Positions 49,549 to 63,783 of a stretch of 64,000 bases of DNA are shown here, one piece after another; positions within the stretch are counted from its first letter, which is position 1, and each line of letters starts with the position of its first letter. The position numbers and the translations under genes were made by a program. Origin of the DNA: Callorhinchus milii (taxonomy: Eukaryota). The stretch spans positions 10,232,001-10,296,000 of the forward strand of contig NW_024704742.1 in NCBI RefSeq assembly GCF_018977255.1, read 5' to 3'. The notes below the pieces were generated by a model. The model was not told the DNA's origin. It saw only the letters and a list, made by a program, of their open reading frames with translations, and searched no databases.

Positions 49549-51211
49549 TAGAATTGACCTCAGCCCAAAATAAGCCATAGTAACTGTCCTGAACCGATCA
49601 CATTTCGACATCACATTAGGGTCCAAAATGTAATAATTGCAAAACTGATATCTTTGAATTTGTGCCTTGCAGTTTGAGATGCGAAGAAAAACAATAATCA
49701 TCGGCTTTCAAATTCTGAAAGTCAGCCAAGGCTGAGAAAAAGGCCAGCTTTGTTTTTTCTCTGCTGTCTGGTTGAGAAAAGGCTCTGGAGCAAAAAAGGA
49801 GGACTTTGGGGATTTGAAGGTTCACTTGATTTTAATTTAGAATCAAATTTTAATTTATGAAGCACAAATGTAGGCTGCAATTAATAAAAGTGACAACTGA
49901 TCAGTGTCAGCAGTTTGAGGGGTGACTCTGATAATGATGACTTGATGATGTGCCATTATAATGGGGAAAAATTACATGGGAGGCTGAAATCCTCAATGTC
50001 AACTGCCAAAACACAAACAAGAATTTCATCCCTCTTGGTTTGCAAATATAACATTTTAGACCCATCGTCCACCCCATTACCCCCACAACAACAACAACTT
50101 GCATTTGTATAAAGTCCCGCATGTGGGCCAGTGTCTTGGGAGTACTTAAAACAAGAAAACTGTTGAAATTGCTCAAACAAGGAAGATGTTGAAATTATGG
50201 AGAAACTGCCTTATACTTAGAAGCAACCCCGTGAGAACATTGGGTAAAGAAAATACTCTGCTTATAGACAGACCCGGTCAGGGTAGGTCAGGACTCCATC
50301 TGCAGATAAGATCACTCCAACATATGTGGGCTGCACAAATGGCTGCACATGATCCAGAAAGTTGGTCTTCCTCTGCGTAATTCAACTGTAAATAATAGGC
50401 AGTTATAAACCAGGCACTATTTATTATTGAGCAAATAGCATCCTTGTTACCCTGCTTCCATATTTTTAAGCGCAATTAGTTTCTGACAGGGAGGAATATA
50501 CACAGGAAAAAAATTTAAAATGGCACAGGAACACACAGGAACCATTTTGGCAAAACAAAAACCAGAAGCTCAAAGTTTTGATCAAATATAAATGTTCCTT
50601 CTTGGTTGCAAGTTTTCCTCATGACTCATAAAGATCAGGTTATATGACATGTTTTTGTTTTAGCTTCAAATGCCTTACATAACAAGGGGGGTTGTTATTT
50701 AAAAAACAATAACTTTTATTTCTCCTGTCAATTTCTCTTGTCGAGTACAATCTTTGTAGGAATGTGGATTCAGCTGGCCAACCTTACACAGGAACCGCTT
50801 AAACTTTGAACTCGACTCACATTTAAAACCACATTGGTTTGATTTACAAACTATTTCTATCTGTGTTTTAAAATCGACTGTTTAATTTATATCTTAAAAT
50901 GTTGAGATCATAAACCTTTTACCTCTTGACCATTGAATAAAGTATTGAGACTTTTTCTGTGATTCTTAAAAAGAAACAGCTTGCAGTAAGAGTGAAATTG
51001 AAGAATTTTCCATAAGCCTGAACAATTTTACCTTTTAAGACATGATGGATTTGCAGGGTTTGCTGAGTTAGCTAATGCTGAGGGGGATATAGATGAGTAT
51101 CCAATAACCCTGCTGTCTGTAAGCGCACGTGGGTGAACACCTAAAAAATGCAGAAAAAAACTCTTTTGCATGAAGACTGAATTTTAGACTTTTCCAAAAT
51201 TCTGCACAATC

Positions 51212-51593
51212 TTGGAGCCCTGTAGCGTATCGATTGGAGCACTGACTTCGCAAGCGAGAAGATCTGGGTTCGATTCCCTGGCAGGGTAAAACCTTAGGCA
51301 AGTTTCCTTACTCCACACGCCTCGGATAATCTAGCAGTAAGGAGCAACCCGGTTGTTAGTCGATTGGTGGATCACTTTTCCTGGGGTAATAATTTCTTCA
51401 AAAAAATATTAAGAAATTGGTTATTCAATGTACAACTGTTTGTGGGACACTGCTGTGCGCAATTGGCTGCTGCGTTTTGCCCACCAAATATACAGTCAAT
51501 TCACTTTACAGTATATTCTGTGAAGCACTTTGAGACGTCTCAAAGACATGATAAGGCTCTATATCAAATGCAAGGATTATTATTATTATTATT
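51212..51593 (+). mobile_element. full-length tRNA-derived SINE
   Basis: tggagccctgtagcgtatcgattggagcac..ttcgcaagcgag..gggttcgattccctggcaggg...aaatgcaaggattattattattatt. Confidence 0.9.
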
Positions 51594-51809
51594 TTGAGGC
51601 AATTCTTAAGGCTGTGGCTTTAATGATTTGGGGCCACTGGTGAGAAAGGGGTCATGTTAACAATTGATGTCTTTCCCATGGTCAAAGAATCTGCTGCCAC
51701 TTTCCAAGCTTACTCGCAATTCCCTCTGAAATGTCCACTCCCTCTCAAATAAAACCGTCACATCCTTGACCTCACCTATTGTCCTTCCAAACCTCCTGGT
51801 TCTTTCATC

Positions 51810-53425
51810 CCTGACATCTCCTCCCTCCACCTCTCGACCTCGTTATCACTCATGGCCTTAGACCATTTCCTTATCTCCTTCTCCTTCCTCATCCAACTCA
51901 ATGGGACCCCACTAGCTTGGTTCGAATCCTACATAACCAACCGCCTTTACTTCATCTCTTCAAACAGTTCCTCCTCCCACCCCCGCCCGGTCAGTGGTGG
52001 ACCCCAGGGCTCCATCTTTGGCCCCTTCCTCTTCCTCATCTATATGCTCTATATCCTTGGGACGTCCTCCCGACGTGAAAGGCATTCTATAAATGTAATT
52101 TTGTTGTTGTTGTTGCTGCTGCTCCCTCTTGGCAATGTCATGCACAGACATGGGGATGTCACACAAATCTACTTCTCCTCCTCCAGCTGTGACTTCAGGT
52201 CCGCTGATGTTCTCTCGGATTGTTTGGTGAACATCAGGGCCTAGATGAGCGAAAACTTCCGACAACTTAATGTGGACAAGACGGAAGCCATACTCATTGG
52301 CTCCCATCAAGTCTTCTATCTTGCAGCTCTGACCTCCTCAACCTCCCTGGCCTATCCCTAACTTACCAAATCAGTGCGTAACCTAGGCGTCAGGTTCAAT
52401 CCCCGACTGTCCTTCCTTCCCCATGTCTGATCCCTGACTAAGACCACCTTCCTCCTCCTCTGCCACATTGCCCGCCTCTGACTGTACCTAACGCCAGACG
52501 CAGCTGAAACAGTCATCTATACTCTTCAAAACTCTGGAAAACTCTTCCTCTATCCCTCCGCCTTGCCCCCTCCTTCCCCATCTTCAAGTCGCAACTGAAG
52601 ACCTTCCTATTCAACCATGCCTACGGTCCCCTCTCCCCGGCTTGCCGTCATGCTCTGCCACTGTCAAGTGCTATGGGATACTCCCCTGCTTGAGGAACGC
52701 TACATAAATGCAAGTTGTGGTTGTTGAAGAATTACTATTTGGTTGAGGCACTCAAGGGTTAATGCTGCAACACATAGAACCACATCTCAGCAGGAGTTGT
52801 TGTCTTCAATGGAAAGATAAGGGAAGAAGAGTGGGAGATGAAAGAAGTAATAGAGTTGGACACCCAAATTATTCACCAGCTTTAAGTTTCAGACCACAAG
52901 TGTCAATGAAACATGGTCATACTGTAGCATTAGTGCCTATTCTCTCCCGCACCAAACTCCGTGACCCCATCTCCCCACTCTCGACCGACTCCGTTGGCTT
53001 CCTATCCTTCAGAGGATCCAGTTCAAGATCCTGGTCCTCACCTACAAAGCCCTCCATGGCCTCACCCCATCCTACCTCTACAACCGCCTAACCCCCTACC
53101 AATCCGCCTGCTCCCTCCGCTCAGCCGGCTCCGGCTGCTCCACGTCCCCCGACCTACCCGCCCCACCATTGGCGGGAGAGCCTTCAGCCATTCTTCCCCC
53201 AACCTCTGGAATTCCATCCCCCATCACTCCGCCTCGCCCCCTCCTTAGCCTCCTTCAAGTCCCACCTCAAAACCCTCCTCTTCGACCATGCCATCAGTCA
53301 CCCCCCTTCCCCTCCCCTCTCCCTCCCTGATCCCAACTCGGGTCTGAAATGCTGTACACTGTCCAGCGCTTTGGGACATCCTCCCGACGTGAAAGGCGGT
53401 ATACAAATGTAATCTTGTTGTTATT
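51810..53425 (+). mobile_element. cluster of fragmented old L2 pieces (RT motifs at ~51830-52520 and ~52940-53425, with nested L2 tails)
   Basis: SGGPQGSIFGPFLFLIYML, SADVLSDCLVNIRA, caacttaatgtggacaagacggaagcc (LNVDKTEA), ttcaagatcctggtcctcacctacaaagcc and several 3' hairpin tails. Confidence 0.75.
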
Positions 53426-54824
53426 CAACCGCAAATGTAGCCATGCCCCGAAATTATCCTTTCTGAAGCACATAAACGTGTGTATTGTTCCGATGATTAC
53501 ATCTTTTGATAAATCAAGTTGTCTGACAAAGAGCACGTTGGCTGCAGAACTTTTTTTTTAATTTACACACAGCACAATTTTTAAACAAAAAGAAAGATTT
53601 GAATTTCCATAAAAGATATGGGGAGTCCTGCTCTACCTAATGTCCTGGCACCTGTGGGACAGTCATTGAGTAAAGGCAACACAGCTGAGATTAGGTACAC
53701 ATACATTGATCTCATCAGGTTCTCATTCCCCTCCATAGACCATGACAATTAACTACCAAAAAAGCTCTTCAAAAAACATTGAGACTTCTGAACGAGTTAA
53801 CTATGTGTAAGTTTGAGATAAAGCTCCAGGAAACCTCCTCCTCTCCGTCCATCCCCCCACCCCGTCCCCCCACATTAACTGAGAAATACCCCAGAATATA
53901 ATCGAATTTTATATCCCAATTTAAATCTGATTCAAAGGGGATTCATTAAACTTAAAGAACAGAGGCAGAGAGATACGCTGAATGAATCGATCAATGTAAC
54001 AGCTCAAGTATTGTAGCACTTTATAATGAGCGGGTATTTTACTTGATAAACAAAACATCTCTATGCATGATTCAATAAGAAAATCTATTTATTCTCACAA
54101 GTATATTATTTTAAACTTGTCAAATATATCTTGCGTGTTTTTTATTTGGGACAGTTTGTTTTGTCTTCAAATTGCGCTTTAGCTTCTGATATGATCAAGG
54201 TTACAGCTGGAAGTTGCAGACATATTCTGCCTCCTGGAACACAGGCATGTGGCTTTGAGTTTGATAGTGTGTTAGAATTTTGCCAAAATGGAAAAAATGG
54301 ACATAGGAACAGGAGTGGGCAATTAAGCCCCTCAAGCATGTTCCACCATTCTATCAGATCATGGCTGATCTGTACCTCAAGTTCAGTTACCCACACTTGT
54401 TCCATATCGCATAATACCCCTGACCTAACAAATATATATCTGCCTCCGTCTTGAAATTGTGAGTGGATCCAGCATCCACAGCCTTTTGGGGGAGAGAGTA
54501 CCAGATTTTCACTACCCTGTGTGGAAATCTGTGTATTTCAGCCTACAATGCCAATCCTTGAAACCATTACATCAGCGACAAAAAGCAGATGATTACAATT
54601 GTAATTTTTTTTAAATTAAAAGAAATCAATGAAGCAGATGCCTGACCACTAGTTTTACAATACCAAGAGTCAATAGTCTGATGACTGGGTAAAAGGCCCT
54701 TTAAGTTTCTGTTGTGTCAACACTAAAGTTAAATTTAGTTGTGCAATCCTTCCACCATTTCATTTGGAATTATAATTCACGCTGACGCGCTGGGCCATAA
54801 ATGAAAGGTACATTCCCAGTAGAA

Positions 54825-55130
54825 CAGGGCAAAATGTTGGGCAAGTTTCCTTACTCCACACGCTTCTGTTTACCTAGCAGTAAGTAGGAACCCGGTTGTC
54901 AGTTGTTTGGCGGACCGCTTTTCCGGGGTTAAATCCCTTAATAAGATAATAATAATAATTTGGCCACTCAATCCACGATTGTTTGTGGGAAACTGCTGTG
55001 CGCAAATGGCTGCCGTGTTTCACCCACACAGTATACGGTCAATTCACTTTACAGAATATTCTGTGAAGCGCTTTGAGATGTTTCGAAGATGTGATAAGGC
55101 ACTATATCAAATGCAAGAATTGTTATTATA
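54825..55130 (+). mobile_element. SINE lacking most of the tRNA head
   Basis: cagggcaaaatgttgggcaagtttccttactccacacgc...gataaggcactatatcaaatgcaag. Confidence 0.88.
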
Positions 55131-58100
55131 TATTAAAGCTATAATACCCTCTGTACACGTGGCACATAATACACCTGGTTTACTTATGGCATTCTGAATA
55201 GAACCTACTGCTATGTTTCTGCACCATTTAAAGCTCTGATATCTTTTATCTAGTAATGTAGGAACTAAGAATTATGGGTGATTGGGATTGCTGGTCAAAC
55301 AAGCTGGGTTAATGTGTGTAAGCTGGTAACAGTTCTTGCCATCTATAGCTATAGAACCATAGAAATGCACAGCGCAGAAGGAGCCTTACAGCCCATCGAC
55401 CCTGTGCTGGTTCTGTAAAAGAGAAATTAATTTTATCCCTTTCTCCTGCCTTTTCCCCATTACCTTTACATTTCCTCTTTGGATCCAAGATACCCCAAAT
55501 AATCTACCCCAAACCACAAATTCAATCTCTAACTTCATTGAATTGATGGTGGAATCCTAATTGGTCCTCTGATCTTACAATCCTACTAATGGTTTACAGT
55601 AATTGAACTGGTTAACTCTACCCTCTGCATCAGGTCTGCAGCTGTCTACCTGGGTAATAGCAGGGTTAATAAACACAACAATTCAAGCCATCAGAAGAAT
55701 GATTAGGTTAGCAGCTGAGAAACAATCAGCTTTAAGACGAGAGAGAAACTGGATAGCTTACAGCTTTCACCTTTGGACACGAGAAGAAACTCCCTTCACT
55801 TCTCAGAGAGAGTTATGAGATAAGTAGACAGGAACTCAATTTCACATCATCGGAAAGGCAGCATCTCTGACAGTATTGTACTTCTCCCCACCCCCACTCA
55901 GCACTGCATTTGAAGTGCCAGCCTAGACTAGGAGCTGAAGTCCTACTGTGTGTGGGGTTTGAGTCCACAACTTGCTGACACAGATGTGAAAGTGCTACCA
56001 AATGAGCCAAAGTTTATCAGACATTCAAGGAGTGAAATAATTTTGTAATAGCTAAACAAAGCAAGGAATATTGGCGTGATGAGATCAAAAAATGTTTTAA
56101 ATTTGACTCCGCAAGCAGTCGGAGAGTAACCATGGGTCTGTTTAGAAAATTCTAAGACCTTGATACAAATCTGCACAGAGGCAGGAAGTTTCACACAGGC
56201 AGCTGCAACCATACCAAAACAGCTTCAGCAAAGGCCACTTATGGAGTCAAATAAGTCTGTCAAAACACAGGCATGTGCAGTGACCACGACTGATGCTACA
56301 ATGCACAGTGAATCAGGAAGGAAACACAACAAATAATATTTAGCAGACCCAGCATCATTTCGCTGGCATTTCCTTCACTGAAAATTTCATCAGACAGGAC
56401 TGATCTCCCTCCAACTTATTTAAACTGACCACAAAATAACAGACAGCAGCTCCTTTTTGTTCACATCTAAAGCGTTCTTTTTTCCCCCCTGAACAAAAGG
56501 TTGATTTAAAAGATTGAAAATACTTTCAACGGCTTTGAATAGATGTCCAATTCCCTCTTGTATTTGTTGACACAATCTGGGTCATAACTTGTGTCAGCCT
56601 GGTTGACTTGGTCGCACTCTGGTCTCTGAGTCAGAAAGTTCTGAATTTGATTTCAAGATCCTCACACACGTCCACAAATCCCTACACGCCCTAGCACCTC
56701 CCTACCTTTCTGATCTGCTCTCTCCCCACTACCCGCTACCTCCACTCAACTGGTTCTGGCCTCTTGCTCGTCCCTCATCCCCTCCGTTCCACCATTAATG
56801 GCCACTGCGCCCCGAAGCTATGGAACCCTCTCCCCCAATCCCTCCGCCTTGCCCCCTCTTTGCTCTCTTTTAGATCACGACTGAAGACCTTCCCCTTTGA
56901 CCGTACTTACAGTCACCTCCTCCCACTCTCTGCCTCGGTGTCAGGCTCTACCATTATTAAGCACTCCGAGACGCTGCCCTACATGAAAGACGCTATATAA
57001 ATGCAAGTTGTTGTTCTGGATTCAAGCCGCACTTGTGGATTTTAAACTCACAGTCTAGACTGACACAGTGCAGTACTGGGAAAGCACGTCCCAAGGCACT
57101 GGATATTACCATAAACATTGTGAAGCTCTTTAAGACGTCCTCCTGATGTGAACGGTACTGTATCAAATTCAAGGATTATTATTCTTGTTTTTAAATTTGT
57201 CTTTAAAATGTTTGGGTGTGAAACATTATTGTCAACATAAAATCACAGAATTACACGTCACTTCCCCCATTGTATACCTGGAGAAGCCCCATGTACAATC
57301 TATGTGCAATAAACTATCCAGGAGGTAGGCAGTGAAGTCAGTCAGTGTCAAACAAATTCATGAGGGACTTGGGCAGCTATTCAGTAAAAAAATATTTGAG
57401 GAGAATGGGAGCCAGAATAGTGAAGGATTTTTTAAAAAATAACTTTGGGGCCAGAGACAGTTGGATGCAATAGCTTATTCTTGTACATTCCTATGTTCCG
57501 ATGAGAGAAGGATATGAATAAAGTTCTGAGTTACCGTGCTGGAAACCTGCTCCCGTAGGTTACTCTCTCATTTCCTCTGGCTCGGCCACTGTTAAGTGCT
57601 CTGAGACGCTGTCCTGCGTGAAGGGTGCTATATAAATGCAAGTTGTGTTGTTATTGTGCTGGGCATTTGAATTTATACAGGGAATGACAGAAAGCAGGAA
57701 CCCAAGACTGCCCTGTTCTGTTACTCCTTTTCCCAACCTTAAAGGGTGAACGGATTCATCAAAACTTGAACACAGACATTCTGGTCTCAAATCTGGTGTT
57801 CAGCTGCTGGAGATAGCCATGATGCACCACATATGGCTGACCAAATTGCACAACGAAACAGTGCCTGGGAGCTGCTGCTATCACACTTCTCATCACCGTG
57901 TGTATTTTGACAAACAGCCCAGGGTCCCGAATTATCCCATAACTGAAGCAGTCACTGGAGCAAACAGACTCTTGTTTGTGTTTCACACTCAAACAACAAG
58001 AACTCTTTATCAGCAGCCATTGGCAGGCAATTCAGTTTTCAATTTTTTTTAAGCTCGTTCTTGAGATATAGACAACACTGTCAGGGACAGGATTACTTAC

Positions 58101-58212
58101 CTGCCTCCTTTTGCTCTGAACAGTACAGAGTACGCCAAGAACATGGCAGTAATCACAGAGGTCAGTGTGTGCTCAGATTGCTAAAGCCAATACGCTACGT
58201 GCTGCCAATGTT

Positions 58213-59465
58213 ACAACAACAACTTGCACTTATATAGTGCCTTGCACTCAGGGTAGCATCTCAGAGCGTTTAACAGTGGTGGAGCCTGATTCCGAGTCGG
58301 GGGGGAGTGGGTGGGGGAGAGAAGGTGGCCATAAGCACCATCGAAGAAGAAGGTTTTCAGGTGGGACTTGAAAAAGATGAGAGATTAGGCAAGGAGGAGG
58401 GATTGAGGGAGAGTGTTCCAGAGTTTCAGGACGTAGTGGCTGAAAGCATGACCTCTGATGGTGGAGCGGAACTCCATCCTGCAGTCCCTCCGCCTCGCCC
58501 CATCCTTTGCCACCTTCAAGATCCGTCTCATCTTCGACTGTGCCTTCAATCACCCACCTTCCCCCCCTGCCACCACCCTCCCCGATCCTGAGCCCCAGCT
58601 CGGGTCCAAAACCCTGATGGTGGAGCCGAGGGTGCGAGGGATGAGCAGGAGGCCGGTCACAGTCGAGCAGAGGCGCCGAGTAGTGGATTGGGGAATTGAG
58701 GATGTCGGAGGGGTAGGGAGATTCCAGAGAGTGAAGGAATTTGCAAATAGATTTACATCTCCCTATAGAGCATCACACCGCTGCTCATCATTCTAATCTA
58801 GCCACTATCTCCTGAGAAACGTGGAACCCAGGATGTCAGTCTCCCCAACTGGACAGGAAGATGGGAAGAAGGGAGGAGTTGAACATTTCAAGTGGTACAG
58901 TTATTTTCATAAGTATATGGTGAGGGTCTGCAACCTCCATCCACTCCCGGCTGTCTTTGAACTCATTCCTCCCACCCAAACCCACACCTCTCCAGCTCTG
59001 AACGTCAGGTTGGACAACTTTCATTGTACTGCATGGTAGTCATTTACATTGTAGGTACAGTACAACACATTGGTCCCTCACCCCATATAAAGAGACCTTG
59101 CTCCCCCCTACCTCTGCGACCACCTAACCCCCTACCACCTGCCTGCTCCCTCTGCTCAGTGGGCTCTGGCCTGCTTCACGTCCTCCGCCTCACCTGCCCC
59201 ACCATTGGCGGGAGGGCCTTCTGACACTCTGTCCCCACCCTCTGGAACTCCATCCTGCAGTGCCTCCGCCTCGCCCCATCCTTTGCCACCTGCAAGATCC
59301 GTCTCATCTTCGACTGTGCCTTCGATCACCAACCTTCCCCCCCTGCCCCCACCCTCCCCGATCCTGAGCCCCAGCTCGGGTCCAAAACCCTGATTGTTCA
59401 GCTGCTTGGGGTGTCCTTCTGATATGAAAGGCGCTATACAAATGTAATTTTGTTGTTATTATTTG
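58213..59465. mobile_element. L2 3' fragments in both orientations (58213-~58745 -, ~59075-59465 +)
   Basis: (CAA)n tail at ~58213 with a reverse L2 3' region; a forward L2 3' region ends gaaaggcgctatacaaatgtaattttgttgtt at ~59455. Confidence 0.75.
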
Positions 59466-62400
59466 TACAGAAGATGTACAATATCTTTCTTATATTACAT
59501 GTCAGAAAATCTGTGGGCAGAAAGGGCTACAGGAGAGGGGAATGGGAGGCTCATTTGGAGTATTAACACTGGTATAAACTAGTTGAACGAAATGGCCTAC
59601 TTCTGTGCTATAGCACTCTATGTAATGCCCGTAACTAACAAGTGACAAAGGCATGAATGAAAGTTTTCTGTTGTACAGCTCACGTAGAAGAAACCTTTAC
59701 AAATGCCCAGCGAGCTGTAGGGAATGATCCAGCACTGTGCTTTTTGGTGCTAGATGTGGAATCACAACAGCACAGGGTCATCATCCAGGGAAATGAGGAG
59801 GGCAAACACTAACCATCTAAACTGTTGCTCTTTATTGTACATAATAGCACAACAACAACAAATTATATTTGTATAGCGCCTTTCATGTCAGGAGGACGTC
59901 CCAAGGGGCTGGACAGTCAGGGATCCGCACCTGAGCTGGTGGTTGGGATCAGGAGGGATGGAGGGCGGGAAGGCTAGCCTTCCCCTAGGAAGGAGGGTGA
60001 CTGATGGCATGGTTGAAGAGGAGGGTCTTAAGACGGGTTTTGAAGGAGGCAAGGGAAAAGGCAAGGTGGAGAAACTGTGGGATGGAGTTTCAGAGGGTGG
60101 GGGACAGAAAGCCCCAGGGGATAATATACCATTTTTTGAAGCTCGATGTTTATCGAGAGCTTTGAACCTTATAGGCAACTGTGCTCGTGGTTCATTTCAA
60201 GTCATAAAGGGAAAACCTTGACCGTGTCCCGAAATTACAAAACCTTAGACTGCTTTTGACAAGGGGGGAGTGGGGTAATTAAAATAAATAATATTCTAAT
60301 TGCTGAGTATACACAATTTAATTCTGTTCCTCTCATTAATAGAGTGCTTGAAAAATAAATTCTGTCAATAACACTAAAAGGTTCTACAATGCACCAGGAT
60401 TGGTCTTAATAATTAATAATAAACACATATGCACTATGCTCTGTAGTATATCCTGCTGCTTTGAAACTTCCTCCCAACATTATATATATATATAGAAATA
60501 TATATAATAATCCTAGTATTTGATATAGCACCTTATCAAGTCTCACGATAGCTCAAAGTGATTCACAGAATATACTGTAAAGTCATTTGACTGTATAATT
60601 TGTGGGCAATATATATATATATTTATATCTGACACGAATGGTGCTATACCAAATACAAAGTTTTTTTTATCAAGTAGGAACTATGAAATGATGAAGAGGA
60701 GCATACTCAGCTCCTCATTCTCCCTTGAGGAAGTAGCTTGCGATTAATGCAGTGGCCACAGTGGCCTTGCCCACTTTGCAACTGCTACAGATTATTCCTT
60801 TAGATTTTTACAGACAGTTATACACAGCAATTTATTCTGTGCAAAATGAAGCCGAGCACTTAATTGTGCTTTCATTCGAGAGATGGTGACAGAAACAAGC
60901 ACTGAGCTGAATATTCAGAGAACTGCAGAAACTATTCTGCAAAATTGCTAAGTAGTGGAAGATGAATTATCAGTCTTAAAGATGGTCTCAATCATCGCTT
61001 CGATCTAATCTGTGAACACAACACCTGCGAAATCTGTGGCAGATTTCCATCAAGATTAATACAATTCTTGTGGGACTAAAACCCCTTGGACAAAAATGCC
61101 GATCTAGAAGTGGAATCATCACTGTTAAATTTATCTCCCTTCCAGTCCATTGAACGAATGCCCCATTCCTCACTTTATCCACCTAAACAGGGTGAAACAC
61201 CTAAATGCTGAATGGACCCACTGGGATTTGATCCCAGAACATTCGGTCTAAACTGACTTGACTTGAGAAGTCTCCTAACCTTGCCAATTCCACTTTGCAT
61301 AACTCAGGGCCTCAAGCCATCAATTTCCTTCCCTGGCACCTGTACGGAAATTGACCTCCACAACCCTGAATCCTGGCCTCTTGTTCCATTGCCTTGACTT
61401 ACCTAAAGCTGTTTTTCAGGGATTGTTTTCTCTATATCTATCTGTGATAAAACACAAAGAGGTGCTAACACATTGTATAATAATTCATTTAAAAAAACAA
61501 AATGGTGTTGGTGGATAATTGTTTGTTATTATCCTATCCTTAAAATGGATTTTCAAATTAGTTATGGTCAATAATTACCACGTATACTATAGCATTATAG
61601 TGCCTCATGTTTGGACTTTGCACTCACAGTTTAGGCTGACCTTCCAATGCAATGTTGGGGGCGCACTGCATTGCTGGAGGTGAGATGAGATGTGAGATTT
61701 GAAACACTCTGGGGACAATATGAAATGCGCTATATTGCGCAAGTTGGTGTTGTTGAAACCAAGGTCCCATCTGCCCATTCAGGTGAACATTAAAGACCCA
61801 CTGCACTATTTGAAAAAGAGAAGGGAGTTTCTCTCAAATAAATTTGGTCATTCACTCCATGGGTGTTTGGGGACATTCCTGTGCGCATAATGGCTGCTGT
61901 GTTTGCCTACAAATACACAGTCACTACATTTCAGCAAAAAATCCTGTGAACATAATGTAAGAAAAATTATTTAGTGTCGGATTTTCAGCTCTCTTTGGGT
62001 GGCTTGGAGTAACGTAGGGTTTAATGTAAGCTCACAACTTAATTAGCACATTTTGAATGAAGATTGTAAACGTCAATGCTACAAATGGGCAGACTTTATA
62101 GCTCTGATCTCTCACTTGTTCCAAAATGTTTCGCTGGGTAAAGTCCTGCATTCTTTACATACCTTATGTAGGGCTAATGGGTCTGCTCAGAACTGGAAGC
62201 CCCTGCCAATGCAAACAGAAAGGAGGGTGCACAGCAGTTCCCAACTACACTGGACCCTCTCTCTCTCTCTCTCGAAAGCTATCTTTGGACTTAATACAAA
62301 AAGTGTCTCATACAGAGAGGAATGTAAGACAGAAGGTACTTTATGCGGGATACTTGTTGGGACAGGAAGTTATGCAATTTTCATGACAGCTTCAGCCATG

Positions 62401-62719
62401 TCTGCATAGCTCAAGAGCACTGAAAAAAATAAGGCCTTATGACAAGATCAACTCATTTTTTTTCAACTAAAATAAGAAGTTAAATTTAATTTTATCACAA
62501 GGTCTCCCTCCAACAGACACACTTCCCCCTCTTAAATGCTGCACGTCTCCTATTACTGCTAACTTCATTATTTATTGGACTGTGCTTTAGTTTATACTGT
62601 GCTTCTACGAAATGCTGGTTTAAGTGCGTCTCTGAAGCAGACAGACTAAAACTACTCTAAAGTCGGTGAGTCGAAACAATTGCATCAACCAGATTGTACC
62701 CCCAACCTAAAGAATGAAT

Positions 62720-62975
62720 TCTGAAACAGAGAGGGTTGAGGGGAGAACTGATAGAGGTCTTTAAATTTGTGAAGGGTTTTCATGGAATTAGATTGTGAGA
62801 AACTATTTCTACTGGTCGGCGTGTCATTGACTTGAGAGCAGCAATATAAGATGGGGTTAGCAAGGAAGCAAAGGGGAACATTAAAATAATTTTCTTTACA
62901 GAGAGTTGTTAGGATCTGGAATGCTCTTTGAGGTGGAGTGTTTGAGGCAGTGTCCACATTAAGTATCAAGAGGGA
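62720..62975 (+). mobile_element. degenerate CR1 3' ORF2 fragment
   Basis: agagggttgaggggagaactgatagaggtctttaaa (R.LRGELIEVFK) and ttctttacagagagttgttaggatctggaatgctct (RVVRIWNAL). Confidence 0.75.
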
Positions 62976-63783
62976 ATTACATTTGCTCCCTCCTTGCACG
63001 TTTTCGGTTCGCACCTTCCTCTTTGACCGTATCTACGGTCACTTCTCCATACGACCCGGCTCTGCATCAAACTCTGCCATTGTTAAGTGCCCCGTGTGAA
63101 GGGTGCTATATGAGTGCATATTGTGGTTGTAGATAGATATCCGAAGAGGAATAAGCTTCAGAGTAAAAGGCAGATAATTGGGAATGAATGTACTACTACT
63201 TCCAAGAGACAACATAGACACGATGGTCCAAATGGCTTTCTTCTGTACTGTACGTTTCTGTTTATTTGTTATAGTTCGATACATTGCCCTAGCAAGCAAT
63301 TCAGAAGAGAAATAGTAAAATGATCGCAGATAGTTAAGCACAGCTCAAATCTCAATAGAACCTGAGATTTGAAACTTGTGATCCTTGAAGCAAGTCTCAC
63401 AATAATATTAACTTAAAAAGGAGGCTCAGAATAAAAGTGCTGTATATACAAACAGCTCTGATCAGAGAATCAAGAGAGAACTGGAAAAAACACTCCTGGT
63501 AATTAAATAGACAGAAGAAGCATGACGTCATCTCTGAAGTTGAAGTTCTGTTAAAAGTCTTTGTTGAGAGAACTACTTAGGAGTGTTAATAAAATTAATT
63601 GACGACAGTTTAGATTCTCAGTTAAGAGAAGGCAGAGCTTACTGACTATATGGAGCATGAACCACCCAGGTAAAGTGTGATCTGATCAGAGGTTTCAATG
63701 ATTCTCAGCCAGCCCACTGTAACCTTTATGTCTCCATTGACTGCACATTACAAAACTCTCTAGTTTTGGTGGAAAAGACCAAT

